NCBI GenBank assembly: GCA_041483895.1
Contig: JBGPGO010000001.1
Location: 32,001-96,000 of the forward strand
Source of the DNA: Fimbriimonadia bacterium
GTDB taxonomy: Bacteria > Armatimonadota > Fimbriimonadia > Fimbriimonadales > JABRVX01
DNA: 64,000 nt
Reading direction: 5' to 3'
The notes beneath the pieces were generated by a model. It did not search any database, was not told the DNA's origin, and saw nothing but the letters and a program-made list of their open reading frames with translations. Every line of letters starts with the position of its first letter. The first letter of the stretch is position 1. The position numbers and the translations under genes were made by a program. Below are positions 26,904 through 37,547 of the stretch, piece after piece.

Positions 26904-28740
26904 ATGGTGCCTGCTCTGCGCGACCCTAGCGCTCGTTCTTTCGATCCCTTCCCTGCTGGCGCGATACAAAGTGGAGGCCGGCAACCAGGCGGTCGAGCTG
27001 GTGATCGAATATCCGGAAGTGGAGGCGCTTGCCGCGGGAACGGGACGAACTGTTAGCGACGTTCTGATTGAATTGAAGAGCGCGGGTTTGACCGGTGTCG
27101 TCGTCATTGAAGATACGATCACTACCCTGCTGGACAGCGGCCGTCTCACTCACAGGCCGGCGGGGGACGCGATCACGGATTGGGCAGCGGATGCTTCCGC
27201 CTATAAGCAGTTGCAGATTGCGCTGTTCGGCAAGTTCAACTGGCGTTCGGAAGACGACCGACACACGGCCTGCACTCTCGGAGCGTTTGGAAAACCGGCG
27301 CTCAGCTATCGAAATTCACTGTTTGCTCTCGGCATGGCCGGCGTCGGTATCGACCGCCGACAGACCGATCTTGTTCAGGCGAACGGACTCACATTGATTG
27401 GCCGGGTGAGCAACTACGAAGGGGCGGACCTGGAAGGAATTGAATGGACTCTCAAGGACCTGAAAGCCTCGGGATGCTCGACGGTCGTGTTTCTCGGTAT
27501 GGAGGTCCTCGGTTCGCGAGAGCTGATCAAAGAGACCGCTGCAGCTATCAAAGAGAATGGACTTTCTTTTGGGTTCGCGGAGTTCGGCAAGCAGTGGGGG
27601 GACGAACGAATGCTGCGGGAAATCCCCGAGTCCTCCATGCGCCTCCACAGCATCCTGCCCGCGGAAATGACGACGATGTCTCCGGTCGATCAGGTGGAGC
27701 GGTACGTCCGGGCGGCAAAAGAGCGCGACTGCCGCATCCTATACCTACGCCTTCTTACCGCCGCCGGACCGGACCCCGTACAAGCCAACGCCGATTACAT
27801 CCGAACGATTTCCAGCTACCTCAATCGCCTAGGCATGGCCGCCCGCACCGCCCATCCGATGGCGACTCCAACAGACACGCCCTTTACTTTGGTCGTTGCC
27901 ATCGTCGCGCCGTTCTTGGGTGGCATCGCTCTTTTTCAGTTGCTCAGATGGCCGCTCTGGATCGCGGTTTTCATGGCAATCCCTGGACTGATCGGCGAAG
28001 CGATCGGCATCGGCGGGCCGAACGGGGTCCATGCCCTGATGGCGTCCATTCTGTTTCCAACCGTTGCCGTGCTGGCGGTCGCGGAAGGGTTGGAGGGCCG
28101 TACGGCATCCCAGGCCGTTCTCATGTACCTCGTCGCCGCATTTATCAGCTTTTGCGGGGCGTTGGCCGCCGCCGCCATGATTTCGACGCTTCCCTACATG
28201 GTTAGGGCGGAGCAGGCATTTGGCATCAAGCTCACCCATGTCATGCCGGTTCTCATCGTCGGCCTTGTTCTCTTGTTCCGCCGGTATCGGGACGGGGGAT
28301 TCGGGCAAAACATCAAATGGTGGCATCTTGCGGTCGCCCTCATCGGTCTTGTCGTGGTCGCTCTGCTCGTTATCCGGACCGGAAACGAGGGCGGATCGGT
28401 AAGCGGATTCGAGATCAAGCTGCGATCGGCGCTGGACAAATTCCTTACGGTCCGGCCCCGAACGAAGGAGCTTTTGTTCGGACACCCGATCTTTATCGCG
28501 GGGCTGCTGGCCCTTGCCGCGCGGCGCCCCCGGTTCGTGCCGCTGCTGCTGGCTGCCGGCGCGATTGGACAGGCGAGCATCGTCAATACGTTCAGTCACA
28601 TCCACACTCCGTTGGCCGTCTCGCTCTTGCGCGTCGTTTGGGGCGTTACACTCGGCGGTATACTCGGCGCGGTGGTCTACACGATCATCATTAAGTTGGA
28701 ACCGTTGGCGCTGCGCATATGGAAGCAAAACTCGTCTTAG
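26887..28740 (+). CDS. DUF5693-like membrane protein (commonly next to csaB)
   Basis: GTG start; R..VE..N..VE..I, RLHSI, RA.KER..R.LYLR, RTGN, E...R..L...L.VRPRTKELLFGHP, S.VNTFSH.HTP. Confidence 0.75.
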   Translation: MNSNLKWCLLCATLALVLSIPSLLARYKVEAGNQAVELVIEYPEVEALAAGTGRTVSDVLIELKSAGLTGVVVIEDTITTLLDSGRLTHRPAGDAITDWAADASAYKQLQIALFGKFNWRSEDDRHTACTLGAFGKPALSYRNSLFALGMAGVGIDRRQTDLVQANGLTLIGRVSNYEGADLEGIEWTLKDLKASGCSTVVFLGMEVLGSRELIKETAAAIKENGLSFGFAEFGKQWGDERMLREIPESSMRLHSILPAEMTTMSPVDQVERYVRAAKERDCRILYLRLLTAAGPDPVQANADYIRTISSYLNRLGMAARTAHPMATPTDTPFTLVVAIVAPFLGGIALFQLLRWPLWIAVFMAIPGLIGEAIGIGGPNGVHALMASILFPTVAVLAVAEGLEGRTASQAVLMYLVAAFISFCGALAAAAMISTLPYMVRAEQAFGIKLTHVMPVLIVGLVLLFRRYRDGGFGQNIKWWHLAVALIGLVVVALLVIRTGNEGGSVSGFEIKLRSALDKFLTVRPRTKELLFGHPIFIAGLLALAARRPRFVPLLLAAGAIGQASIVNTFSHIHTPLAVSLLRVVWGVTLGGILGAVVYTIIIKLEPLALRIWKQNSS

Positions 28741-29819
28741 CGGGCTATTTCGGCTGCGGCAATCTGGGTGACGACGCCATCCTCGCCGGGTTCTTGGAAG
28801 GCATCGCCGGATTTCCCGTTCGTCCCATCGCATTATCCGGCTTTCCTGAACAGACGTACCGTACGCTGCAGGTCCACGCGATTCCTCGCATGAACTATTC
28901 CGCCATCTCGGAAGCGCTGCAAGGGGCGGAGGCGCTCGTGTTTCCCGGAGGCAGCATATTCCAGGATGTGACCAGCCTCCGCTCGATCTATTACTATTCG
29001 AAATTGGTGTCGATGGGAAAGAAGTTAACGGGGCGCGTGATCTTGCTTGGCCAAGGTTTCGGTCCCGTCAATCGATTCCTCGGGAAAAGCCGTGCCGCTT
29101 CCATGCTGCGACAGATCGACGCGATTGCGGTCCGCGACGAGGCCGCGGCGCGCGGCATTGTCGCGATGGGCGCCCGGTGTGAAGTGACGGTGACGGCGGA
29201 TATGGCCTGGCTCGCCAAGCCGGACGCCTCAGCAGCGGGAGGCGGCTTCGGTCTTCAGGACCAGCAGGCGATCGGCCTGGTTCCCCGCGTCTGGGGTCGT
29301 GCAAAGCCGATCGCGGAAGCATTCGTGCAGTTCTCTCGCGCGATGTCCGGCTCCGGGCACATGCCGATTATGGTTCCATTGGATGAGGCCGGGGATCAGG
29401 CGCTCTATAAGGAGATGGAGAAGCTGGGCGGCAACCCAACGATGATCAAAGGCGTCCGCACCCCGCAGGCGATGATGGCCCGAATCGAGCGCATGTCCGG
29501 GGTCGTCACGATGCGCTATCACGGAGCGATTTTTGCCGCAAAGGCCGGGATTCCCCCGATTTTGGTGAGTTACGATCCCAAGGTAACCCACCTCAGCGAT
29601 ATACTGGAAGTGCCGGCAGCCATCCCTGTGGAGCGACTTTCCAGCGATCTTCTGATAAAATCATGGGAGAACTACGAAGCCAGGCGAGACTATCTAGCAA
29701 CGAGAATTGGCCTGGTTCGTCAAACAATGGAAGCGAAGGCACAGGCCAACATCGAACTGTTGTGCCGACATGTGCCCTCCCTGAAAGGTCAGGTGCAACC
29801 GAACAAGGTCTCGTCTTGA
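28719..29819 (+). CDS. csaB: Polysaccharide pyruvyl transferase CsaB
   Basis: GYFGCGNLGDDAIL, GGSIFQDVTS.RS..YY, GQGFGP, VRD, MRYHG.I, YDPKV. Confidence 0.88.
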   Translation: MEAKLVLAGYFGCGNLGDDAILAGFLEGIAGFPVRPIALSGFPEQTYRTLQVHAIPRMNYSAISEALQGAEALVFPGGSIFQDVTSLRSIYYYSKLVSMGKKLTGRVILLGQGFGPVNRFLGKSRAASMLRQIDAIAVRDEAAARGIVAMGARCEVTVTADMAWLAKPDASAAGGGFGLQDQQAIGLVPRVWGRAKPIAEAFVQFSRAMSGSGHMPIMVPLDEAGDQALYKEMEKLGGNPTMIKGVRTPQAMMARIERMSGVVTMRYHGAIFAAKAGIPPILVSYDPKVTHLSDILEVPAAIPVERLSSDLLIKSWENYEARRDYLATRIGLVRQTMEAKAQANIELLCRHVPSLKGQVQPNKVSS

Positions 29820-32380
29820 AATTTCTTCGTACCACAGCGGTTCTCCTCGGCTGCGCGGCGGCCACGGCAGTTGGCGCGTGGGATTTGCGCGCCTGGCTCG
29901 ACCAGAAGCTGTTCTCCCCGATCAAGATTTCCGGTTCCAAGACCTTGGGCTTCCATATGCACGACGTCGGCGGAGATCGTTCCACATTTGACCAGCAAAA
30001 CTATTTCGGCGATGGGGACAAGGCGGTCACAGACCGTACCGACCTCTACATCCGAGGCGAGAAGGTGCTCGGTTTCATTGACTTTGAGACTCGGATGACG
30101 AACAACAAGTTCGGAAACCCCTACGACCGGCGTTTGACATTCGTATATGGCTCCAAGCTTTTCGACGCCAAATTGGGTGATCTAAGCTCCGCATCGCTGC
30201 ATAACACCAATCCGCTCACCAGCTTTTCCAAGACGATGAATGGCGCGACGGGAACTCTGAAGATCGGAAAAGGTTATGAGCTCAAGCTGATCGGTTCGCA
30301 GACGAGGGCGAATGCCAGGACCATCTCGTTTCCGGGCAACAACAGCGCCGGCCCGTACTATCTGACCGGTGGCAACATTGTTGATGGCAGTCTGCGAGTT
30401 CGCGTGGACGATGTCGAAATGAAGCTTGGCGCCGACTACACAGTAGACTATCAGACCGGACTGCTCAATTTCCGCCCAGGACTGATCATCCCGCCGACCT
30501 CGACAATTATCGCCACATACGAGTCATACGGCTTCAACGATCAGACCGGCAAGATTATGGGTGGTTCGCTGATGCTTCCCTTCTTCAAAGGACTATCGGC
30601 AGAAGTGAGCGCCATCCAGCAGACGACGAATTCGGGTTCAGGTTTGGGCACGCGCACGGAACGGTTTTATGGATACGGTCCGCCCGCAACTCCCTATGAT
30701 CTGCAATTTGAGCCTCTTATCGATGACGCCCATCCGATACTTGTCACGATCGACGGGGTGCCCCAGCAATTGGGCATCAACTACTATTTTGATCTCAACC
30801 TGCCGTTCCGGTTTTACTTCCGATTCTATGTGGACAGCAAACAGATCGTGCAGGTTGTGTACACACCGAAACCGTCCAGCAACCTCGCGGCAAACGGCGA
30901 CAAGTCGGTCTATGGCGTCGCGGTCCGATGGCAGCCACTGAAAGGGCTTACGATTCAGCACAATATCGGAACGAGCCGATTGGATTCGCCGACGGGTCCA
31001 GTGAGTGGTTCCGCACGCACCACCCAACTGACATTCAATCGCGGCGGATTGAGCTTCAAGGCCGGATTCAACGATATTCCCGACACGTTCACCACCATCT
31101 CCAGCACCGGATTCCGGCGAAACGAGAAGGGCCAGACGTACGACCTGAGCTATGATTTCGGCAAAGGTCTCCGCATGCGGGCATCGACGAGCCACAGCAA
31201 AGTCGCGCTCGGAGCGTTCGGTTCCTCCGGCACGCAGTCCGGATCGACCGATGTGGCCACGGAAACTTTCGGAGTCGACTACGTTGTCGGGAAGGGAACG
31301 ATCAGTCTCAACCATTCGAAGCACGATTCTTCCGGCGTTGACAGCGGAAGCGGGAACTCGGTGGACACGTTGCGCTATTCAACAAAATTTGGCCGCTTTA
31401 CCCCGGCCATCGAGATCAGCAACACGGTGTCCAGCTATTTCTCGCAGAGCGCGAACACCCGCGACAAAACGAAAACCAGCAGCGTGCGTCTTTCCAGCGG
31501 CTGGGAGGTAAGCAGTTGGATGACCTTCACGACCGCGGTTAGCCAAAACATGATCCAGGGCGTCAACGGAGATTCCAACGGCAGAGACATTTCCGTCGAT
31601 TTGAGCGCGCATCCCAACGACAAATTGAATTTCCGCGTCGGATTCAACGATTCCAATTCCGGCTACTACAACTATTCGGGGTATGGGAACGGCTATGGCG
31701 ACGGCTACGGCAACGGCGGATTCTCCGGTGGCGGCGATGGGTATGGAGTGGGAGGGTACGGCGTGCAGCAGCGGGGCTACACGGCCAGCGCGCACTATGC
31801 TCCGTGGTCCAGCTTTTCCTTCGATATCAACTACAGCAAGCAGGTGGCGAACGGCGACAACCTGACGAACAGCGACGTCCAATCGATCGGCCTTGGCTTC
31901 GGCTACACCCCGAGCACTTGGCTCCGGGTTAACAGCCAAGTGCAGAAGCAGTCCGTCAATTTCACATCAGGCTCCGGCTCATCCAACACCACCCTGCTAA
32001 ATTTGGGCGTTTCCGCCGGCCCGATCCATCGGTTCACGGTAACGCTCGATTATCAGAGGATGCTGACGGGTTCGAATTACACTTCCGACCAGACCGGCTT
32101 CAATTCCTACAATCAGAATCTCAACTCTTACTACCTTCGATTGGCCTACGATTTGGGGCCGCGTCAGCGAACATTTTTCGATGCTCGGTCCGGCAATACT
32201 GTCGGCTACAGCGCCAGCGACGAAACGAGCTGGAGCGTCGGCTACGAATACGACATTATGAAATTCGTCTCGCTTGTTGGTGCGTATCGAGTGCGAAACC
32301 TAAACAATCTCGACACGAATAATTCAGCGTACGGCTACAGTTCGCGATCATTCGACGTGGACCTCAGCTTCCACTTTTAG
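29816..32380 (+). CDS. Large putative outer-membrane beta-barrel protein
   Basis: TTG start overlaps the csaB TGA. Signal peptide; V.VD...G.DYTVDY.TG.L.F motif; alternating amphipathic strands; C-terminal DLSFHF ending in Phe. Confidence 0.7.
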   Translation: MKFLRTTAVLLGCAAATAVGAWDLRAWLDQKLFSPIKISGSKTLGFHMHDVGGDRSTFDQQNYFGDGDKAVTDRTDLYIRGEKVLGFIDFETRMTNNKFGNPYDRRLTFVYGSKLFDAKLGDLSSASLHNTNPLTSFSKTMNGATGTLKIGKGYELKLIGSQTRANARTISFPGNNSAGPYYLTGGNIVDGSLRVRVDDVEMKLGADYTVDYQTGLLNFRPGLIIPPTSTIIATYESYGFNDQTGKIMGGSLMLPFFKGLSAEVSAIQQTTNSGSGLGTRTERFYGYGPPATPYDLQFEPLIDDAHPILVTIDGVPQQLGINYYFDLNLPFRFYFRFYVDSKQIVQVVYTPKPSSNLAANGDKSVYGVAVRWQPLKGLTIQHNIGTSRLDSPTGPVSGSARTTQLTFNRGGLSFKAGFNDIPDTFTTISSTGFRRNEKGQTYDLSYDFGKGLRMRASTSHSKVALGAFGSSGTQSGSTDVATETFGVDYVVGKGTISLNHSKHDSSGVDSGSGNSVDTLRYSTKFGRFTPAIEISNTVSSYFSQSANTRDKTKTSSVRLSSGWEVSSWMTFTTAVSQNMIQGVNGDSNGRDISVDLSAHPNDKLNFRVGFNDSNSGYYNYSGYGNGYGDGYGNGGFSGGGDGYGVGGYGVQQRGYTASAHYAPWSSFSFDINYSKQVANGDNLTNSDVQSIGLGFGYTPSTWLRVNSQVQKQSVNFTSGSGSSNTTLLNLGVSAGPIHRFTVTLDYQRMLTGSNYTSDQTGFNSYNQNLNSYYLRLAYDLGPRQRTFFDARSGNTVGYSASDETSWSVGYEYDIMKFVSLVGAYRVRNLNNLDTNNSAYGYSSRSFDVDLSFHF

Positions 32381-32870
32381 GCAGCATCGCGGCCTTGCGA
32401 TCGATCCCCTTTGTTGATGGCGGTGGTATCTTGGTATTCGTGGCCGATACCGCGACCGTCTTGCCCGTTGTAGGGGGCTGCGGCAGGAACTGCTTGCACG
32501 CGGCGGCAAGGGTGTCCTCGAAGCTATCCCGCGAGAGCTGCATGCCGAGCTGCGCCGATTCCGCCACGAATTCGGTTCCACAGATCGAAGACCAGTGGCC
32601 GTGAGCGATCAGCACGCGCCCCCAGCGGAGATCGATGGAATCGACCGGCTTGCCATCACAGGTCAGGCCGGAAAATCGGACGCAGGCAAATTTGCCATCT
32701 TGCGTCAGCACCGCAATCTTGCCGGTCGATGCGTCGGGAGCGCCAAGCGTCAGAAATCGTTTCGTTTCCAGGTTGGCATTGGTGTGTTCTGGAGGCGCGG
32801 AGCTGGTGGTCGCCGCCGCAAAGCTCCACACAGACACCGCCATAGCCGTAATCAGGTTTCGTATCGTCAT
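32364..32870 (-). CDS. Hypothetical secreted protein
   Basis: Start MTIRNLITAMAVSVWSFAAA after GAGGTGG; signal peptide. Confidence 0.55.
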   Translation of the reverse strand: MTIRNLITAMAVSVWSFAAATTSSAPPEHTNANLETKRFLTLGAPDASTGKIAVLTQDGKFACVRFSGLTCDGKPVDSIDLRWGRVLIAHGHWSSICGTEFVAESAQLGMQLSRDSFEDTLAAACKQFLPQPPTTGKTVAVSATNTKIPPPSTKGIDRKAAMLPKSGS

Positions 32871-32992
32871 CTCATCCACCTCTTGCGTGTAGCCTTCCAC
32901 GTGGCGGATCGAACTGTGCCTGGTTGACAACTGGGGATTGAAATTAACGACATCAAAAGGTAGTTGAACCCAAGTACACTCTTTCCGTAAGC

Positions 32993-34423
32993 ATGAAACG
33001 AACTGTGATCGTGATTGCCCTCATCGTTGTCCTGGCAGGCATCGCGGGGTATGAATATTGGCTTCGGACGGCAAAACCTACCCCCGTCGATGTAGCGGTG
33101 GTCCGGCGGGGAACCATCTCGGTCTCCTTCACAGCTGATGCTATCGTGAAGGTCCCGTCCGTTGACGTTTCGACCAAGGTGATGGGACGGCTGACGCTTC
33201 TTTCGGCTCGGGAGGGCGCAACTGTGCGTCGAGGCCAGGTTCTCGCCCGAATCGACAGCGAAGAGATGCAGGCGGCGGTCGCCCAGTCCCGCGCGGCCGT
33301 GACAACCGCACTGGCTGCGGTTCGGCAGACCGAAGCGGCCCTTTCGGCCGCCAGAAAGCAGTTTGCGGCCAGCCGATCGCGCGCCGAAGCTGAGCTTGCC
33401 GGGGCGGAAGCGGACCTGCAGCGCGTCTTGAGAGGCCCACGTACGCAGGAAATCGCGCAAGCCAAGGAGCAGGTCACTGTGGCCCAAGCCCGTTGCGATG
33501 GCGCTACGCTGGAACTGGGACGAGCAAGGGAGCTGTACGCGGCGGATGCCATCCCGAAAGCCAGATTGGATGAGGCTGAAGAAGCATTCCGGCAGGCCCA
33601 GGCGCAGTTGAATGCCGCGATCAAGGCTCTCGAACTTCTCCAGGCCGGAGCGACCGAAGAGGAAAAGGCCGTGGCACGGGCCCGCGTCGATGCTGCCAAG
33701 GCCGGGATCGAATCCCTTGCCGCTCTGCGGGAGGAGATTACGGGACGCGAGGCGGGCGTAGTGGCCGCAAAATCGCAAGTTGCGCAGGCTCAGGCTGCGT
33801 TGGCGCAATCCGAATCAGCATTGTCCTCCAGCGTTATCGTATCGCCCGTTGACGGCACGATCAGCCGCGTGCCTGTCGAACGTGGAGAGATCGTGTCGCC
33901 GCAGACCACGCTCGTTACCATCGTGACAAACGAAAGGCAATGGGTGGAGGCAGACGTATCGGATGAGGACGCCGCAAAAGTTAGGATCAGGCAGGTCGTA
34001 TCGGTGACGAGCCCGGGAACGCCGGGAAGAAAATTTGCCGGCACGGTCTTCGAAATTTCCCCGCAGGGAGAGCTGAAAGAAGAGGCCACGCTGCGAACGC
34101 GGATCGTCCGCGTCAAAGTTCGACTTGCCGATGGGGTTGTCTTGAAACCCGGCCTGGCGGTCGATGTCGAGGGACGCAACGATATGGCGACAGACGCGGT
34201 CCTAATCCCCAGCGATGCGATGATCTTCAAAGACAAGCGCAACATGGTGTTTCTCGTCGTCGATGGCAAAGCTGTGGAGCGGGAGATACGGACCGGATAC
34301 TTCACTCACGATCGCACAGAGGTGTTGTCTGGATTGCGGGCTGGTGACAGGGTCATTGTGGCCGGCAAGGATCAGGTTTCGGACGGTCATCTGATAGTGG
34401 TACGGCGCGAGGTCACTTACTAG
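32993..34423 (+). CDS. Efflux membrane fusion / periplasmic adaptor subunit (HlyD family)
   Basis: N-terminal TM; G.TVRRGQVLARID; long coiled coil; I.SPVDG.I; LKPG; SGL.AGD.V. Confidence 0.9.
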   Translation: MKRTVIVIALIVVLAGIAGYEYWLRTAKPTPVDVAVVRRGTISVSFTADAIVKVPSVDVSTKVMGRLTLLSAREGATVRRGQVLARIDSEEMQAAVAQSRAAVTTALAAVRQTEAALSAARKQFAASRSRAEAELAGAEADLQRVLRGPRTQEIAQAKEQVTVAQARCDGATLELGRARELYAADAIPKARLDEAEEAFRQAQAQLNAAIKALELLQAGATEEEKAVARARVDAAKAGIESLAALREEITGREAGVVAAKSQVAQAQAALAQSESALSSSVIVSPVDGTISRVPVERGEIVSPQTTLVTIVTNERQWVEADVSDEDAAKVRIRQVVSVTSPGTPGRKFAGTVFEISPQGELKEEATLRTRIVRVKVRLADGVVLKPGLAVDVEGRNDMATDAVLIPSDAMIFKDKRNMVFLVVDGKAVEREIRTGYFTHDRTEVLSGLRAGDRVIVAGKDQVSDGHLIVVRREVTY

Positions 34424-34426
34424 CCG

Positions 34427-35134
34427 ATGGCTCAGCCGATCGTTCGTTTGGATCAAGTGACAAAGTCCTACCGGATGGGCGCTGTAGTTGTACACGCACT
34501 GCATGATGTGAATTTTGAGGTCGATGCCGGCGAATTCGTGGTGATTTTAGGACCGAGCGGATGCGGCAAGACCACACTGCTCAACCTGATCGGGGGAATG
34601 GACAGTCCCACGTCGGGCCATGTCGTCGTAGATGGCATCGACATTGCCTCCTATACCGACGCCGAGCTGACCAGATTTCGAAGGGAGAAGATCGGTTTCG
34701 TATTTCAGTTTTTCAACTTGGTTCCCACACTTTCGGCGCGAGAAAATGTCGAGCTGGCGGGGGAGCTTGTGCTTCACCCTCGGAGTTCCGAACAGGTTTT
34801 GGATGCGGTCGGCCTGGAGGATCGTGCCACCCACTTCCCTGGTGAGTTGAGCGGCGGGGAACAGCAGAGAGTCGCAATCGCCCGGGCAATGGTGAAGAAT
34901 CCCGCGATCCTCTTGTGCGATGAGCCCACTGGGGGACTAGACTCGGAGACAGGCCGACGCATACTGTCCGTCTTGCACGAGATTAGCAAGGCAGAAGGCC
35001 GAACAGTGCTGCTCGTTACCCACAACACCGTGCTCGCGCAAATGGCGGATCAGGTCGTCCAAATGCAAAACGGCCGCCTCAGCGCCAGCGAACACAACGC
35101 CGCGCCAATGGACCCGGACGAGCTTCGGTGGTGA
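34427..35134 (+). CDS. ABC transporter ATP-binding protein (LolD/MacB-like)
   Basis: GPSGCGKTT, FQFFNL, LSGGEQQRVAIARA, DEPTG, VTH. Confidence 0.95.
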   Translation: MAQPIVRLDQVTKSYRMGAVVVHALHDVNFEVDAGEFVVILGPSGCGKTTLLNLIGGMDSPTSGHVVVDGIDIASYTDAELTRFRREKIGFVFQFFNLVPTLSARENVELAGELVLHPRSSEQVLDAVGLEDRATHFPGELSGGEQQRVAIARAMVKNPAILLCDEPTGGLDSETGRRILSVLHEISKAEGRTVLLVTHNTVLAQMADQVVQMQNGRLSASEHNAAPMDPDELRW

Positions 35135-35135
35135 T

Positions 35136-37547
35136 ATGTCCGCGCTGACACGAAAGCTGATCCGGGACATGGGGCGCACCGGTTGGCAATATCTTTCCGT
35201 CACATTGCTTGTCGTCATCGGCGTGGCCTGGTTCGGGACGGCATACATGTCCTACAAGAACCTGGAACTATCCTATCAGGGCTCTTATGATCGCTTGCAT
35301 TTCGAAGACATGGGTGTTTGGTTTCACGCGGGTCCGAAGCGGATCGCGGACCGGATGCGGGCGATCCCTGGAGTCTCAGCGGTAGAGGGTCGATTGGTCG
35401 AGGATGTCGCAATCGAGTTGCCGGGACCGAGGACGCGCAAAATGGTCGGCCACATGATCTCGATTCCCATGGTTCGGGATGTTACGGTAAATCAGCTCCA
35501 AATCGTATCCGGCCGCATGCCGAGACACCGCACGGCCCGAGAAGTCCTTCTTCAGCACGCCTTCGCCGACTACCACAAGTTAGAGCCCGGCGACACCCTT
35601 GAAGTCAATCGGATGGGCACGAAGATTCGCTTCGCGATTGCGGGGATTGTCAAGAGCCCGGAGTACATCTATGTGGTCCAAAGCAAGCAGCAGATCTTCC
35701 CGATGCCCGACACATTCGGCGTCATGTTTGTTTCGGAAGACGTGCTCGGGCCGCTCGTCGGCAAGTCCGGACTTATCAACGAGATCAGGCTGACGATCAG
35801 CGAAAAAGCGAAAACCGATCTGATCCGGCAAGAGGTCAAGCAGATCTTGCGGCCCTACCGGTCCGAAGAACCGGTCTTGCGGAAGGACCAGCCAAGTCAT
35901 CAACTTCTGCAACAGGATCTGCAGGGATTTCAAGTGTATGCGTTTGCGTTTCCGATCCTGTTTCTCAGCGTGGCCGGCGTGACTATCTACACATTGTTGC
36001 TTCGGCTCATTCACATGCAGCGCGGCAACATTGGGCTTCTGCGCGCTCTCGGGTATACAACTGGCCAGGTGGTTCGCCACTACCTGGGTCCCTCGCTGAT
36101 TGTTGGAATCGTCGGCGGTCTGCTCGGCGATTGGCTGGGATTGGCGCTTGCCGCTTGGATGACTCATTTCTATCTTTCCTATATCGCCGTGCCGTTCATG
36201 GTGGTTAGGCCCCATCCGTCGATCCTGATCGCAGGCTTTTTGGTCGGTCTCATCTCGTGTTTGGTCGCAGCTTGGTTGCCCGCGCGGGAAGCCGCTCGGA
36301 TGGGGCCTGCTGAAGCGCTTCGTCCGCCGGCGCCGGAATTCGGCCGGGCAATACCACTCGATCGTATCGTGCCGGGCTTTGGCCAAATGCGCCTGCTATG
36401 GCGAATCCCGTTTCGCAATCTGTTCCGGCATCCCCGGCGAACCGTTTCCACGCTGGTCGGGATCGCTATGTCGGTTGCGTTGGTTGTCCTTGCCCGCGGA
36501 TTGTTGGATTCGTTTGATGTCGCGCTCAACAGGATTTATCGCGAGGCGATGGAGTCCGACATGACCGTCAGCTTTTTTGAATATCAAAGCGCCGGAGTTG
36601 CCGCCAGGGTCCGCGCTTGGCCGGGCGTGTCTTGGACGGAACCGTTCTTGCATGTGCCCGTAGACTTCCGCAAAGGCGATAAGTCCTATTCAGCGTTGCT
36701 GACGGGAATGATGCGTGGCAGCCGCCTATACCGGTTGAAGGACGAAGACGGCATTCGTGTTCAGGTCCCGGAGGACGGCATCGTGGTCGGGCAGATCATA
36801 CGGCGACGGTTGGACCTTCACGTTGGCGATACCGTTCAGTTTTCCATCCCGAGCCGGAAAGCGGACGAAACGCCTCGCATGCATAGTGCCCGAATCGCCG
36901 GTTTCGTCTGGGAACCGATGGGCACAGTCGCCTACGCGCGCATCGAGCGGGTTCGGCAGTGGTTCCGCGAAGACCTCGAACTGCCTCCGTCTGCCATCAA
37001 CGATCTGCGCCTGCGCGCGGATCCAAGCTACCAAGACCTGCTGAAGAGTTGGTTGCTCGATCTGCCAAGGGCGGGCGCCGTGGAGGTCATGAGTGATGTT
37101 TGGAAGATGCTTCGCGACATGACGGCGCTGACCCGAAATTTCGTCAACATCATGTTGGCGTGCGCAGCCACCATCGCTTTTTGCATCGTTTTTACAATGG
37201 TGACCGTCAACGTGCTGGAGCGGCGCAATGAAATCGCCACGTTGAGGACGTTGGGCGTCAGCCGAGGAGAGATTACGGGAATGCTGGTGCTGGAGAACCT
37301 CATGAGCGCCACTATCGGCTGCATTGTTGGATTGCCGGTTGGCAGGGCGCTGATCGAAGGACTGATCCACGCGTCGACGACGCAGGAGCAAGCGGAGATG
37401 TTCTCGTTCCAGGTCGCCATCTATCCAACTACGTACATCTTTGCGGCTCTCACTATTTTGGCCGTGGCGATGGTGTCTCAAATCCCCGCATTGCAATCCA
37501 TACAACGAGTGAATTTGGCGCAGGCGACAAAGGAACGGGCTACCTAG
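35136..37547 (+). CDS. FtsX/MacB-like ABC permease, duplicated domain
   Basis: QRGNIGLLRALG and ERRNEIATLRTLG FtsX motifs, two periplasmic domains. Confidence 0.9.
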   Translation: MSALTRKLIRDMGRTGWQYLSVTLLVVIGVAWFGTAYMSYKNLELSYQGSYDRLHFEDMGVWFHAGPKRIADRMRAIPGVSAVEGRLVEDVAIELPGPRTRKMVGHMISIPMVRDVTVNQLQIVSGRMPRHRTAREVLLQHAFADYHKLEPGDTLEVNRMGTKIRFAIAGIVKSPEYIYVVQSKQQIFPMPDTFGVMFVSEDVLGPLVGKSGLINEIRLTISEKAKTDLIRQEVKQILRPYRSEEPVLRKDQPSHQLLQQDLQGFQVYAFAFPILFLSVAGVTIYTLLLRLIHMQRGNIGLLRALGYTTGQVVRHYLGPSLIVGIVGGLLGDWLGLALAAWMTHFYLSYIAVPFMVVRPHPSILIAGFLVGLISCLVAAWLPAREAARMGPAEALRPPAPEFGRAIPLDRIVPGFGQMRLLWRIPFRNLFRHPRRTVSTLVGIAMSVALVVLARGLLDSFDVALNRIYREAMESDMTVSFFEYQSAGVAARVRAWPGVSWTEPFLHVPVDFRKGDKSYSALLTGMMRGSRLYRLKDEDGIRVQVPEDGIVVGQIIRRRLDLHVGDTVQFSIPSRKADETPRMHSARIAGFVWEPMGTVAYARIERVRQWFREDLELPPSAINDLRLRADPSYQDLLKSWLLDLPRAGAVEVMSDVWKMLRDMTALTRNFVNIMLACAATIAFCIVFTMVTVNVLERRNEIATLRTLGVSRGEITGMLVLENLMSATIGCIVGLPVGRALIEGLIHASTTQEQAEMFSFQVAIYPTTYIFAALTILAVAMVSQIPALQSIQRVNLAQATKERAT

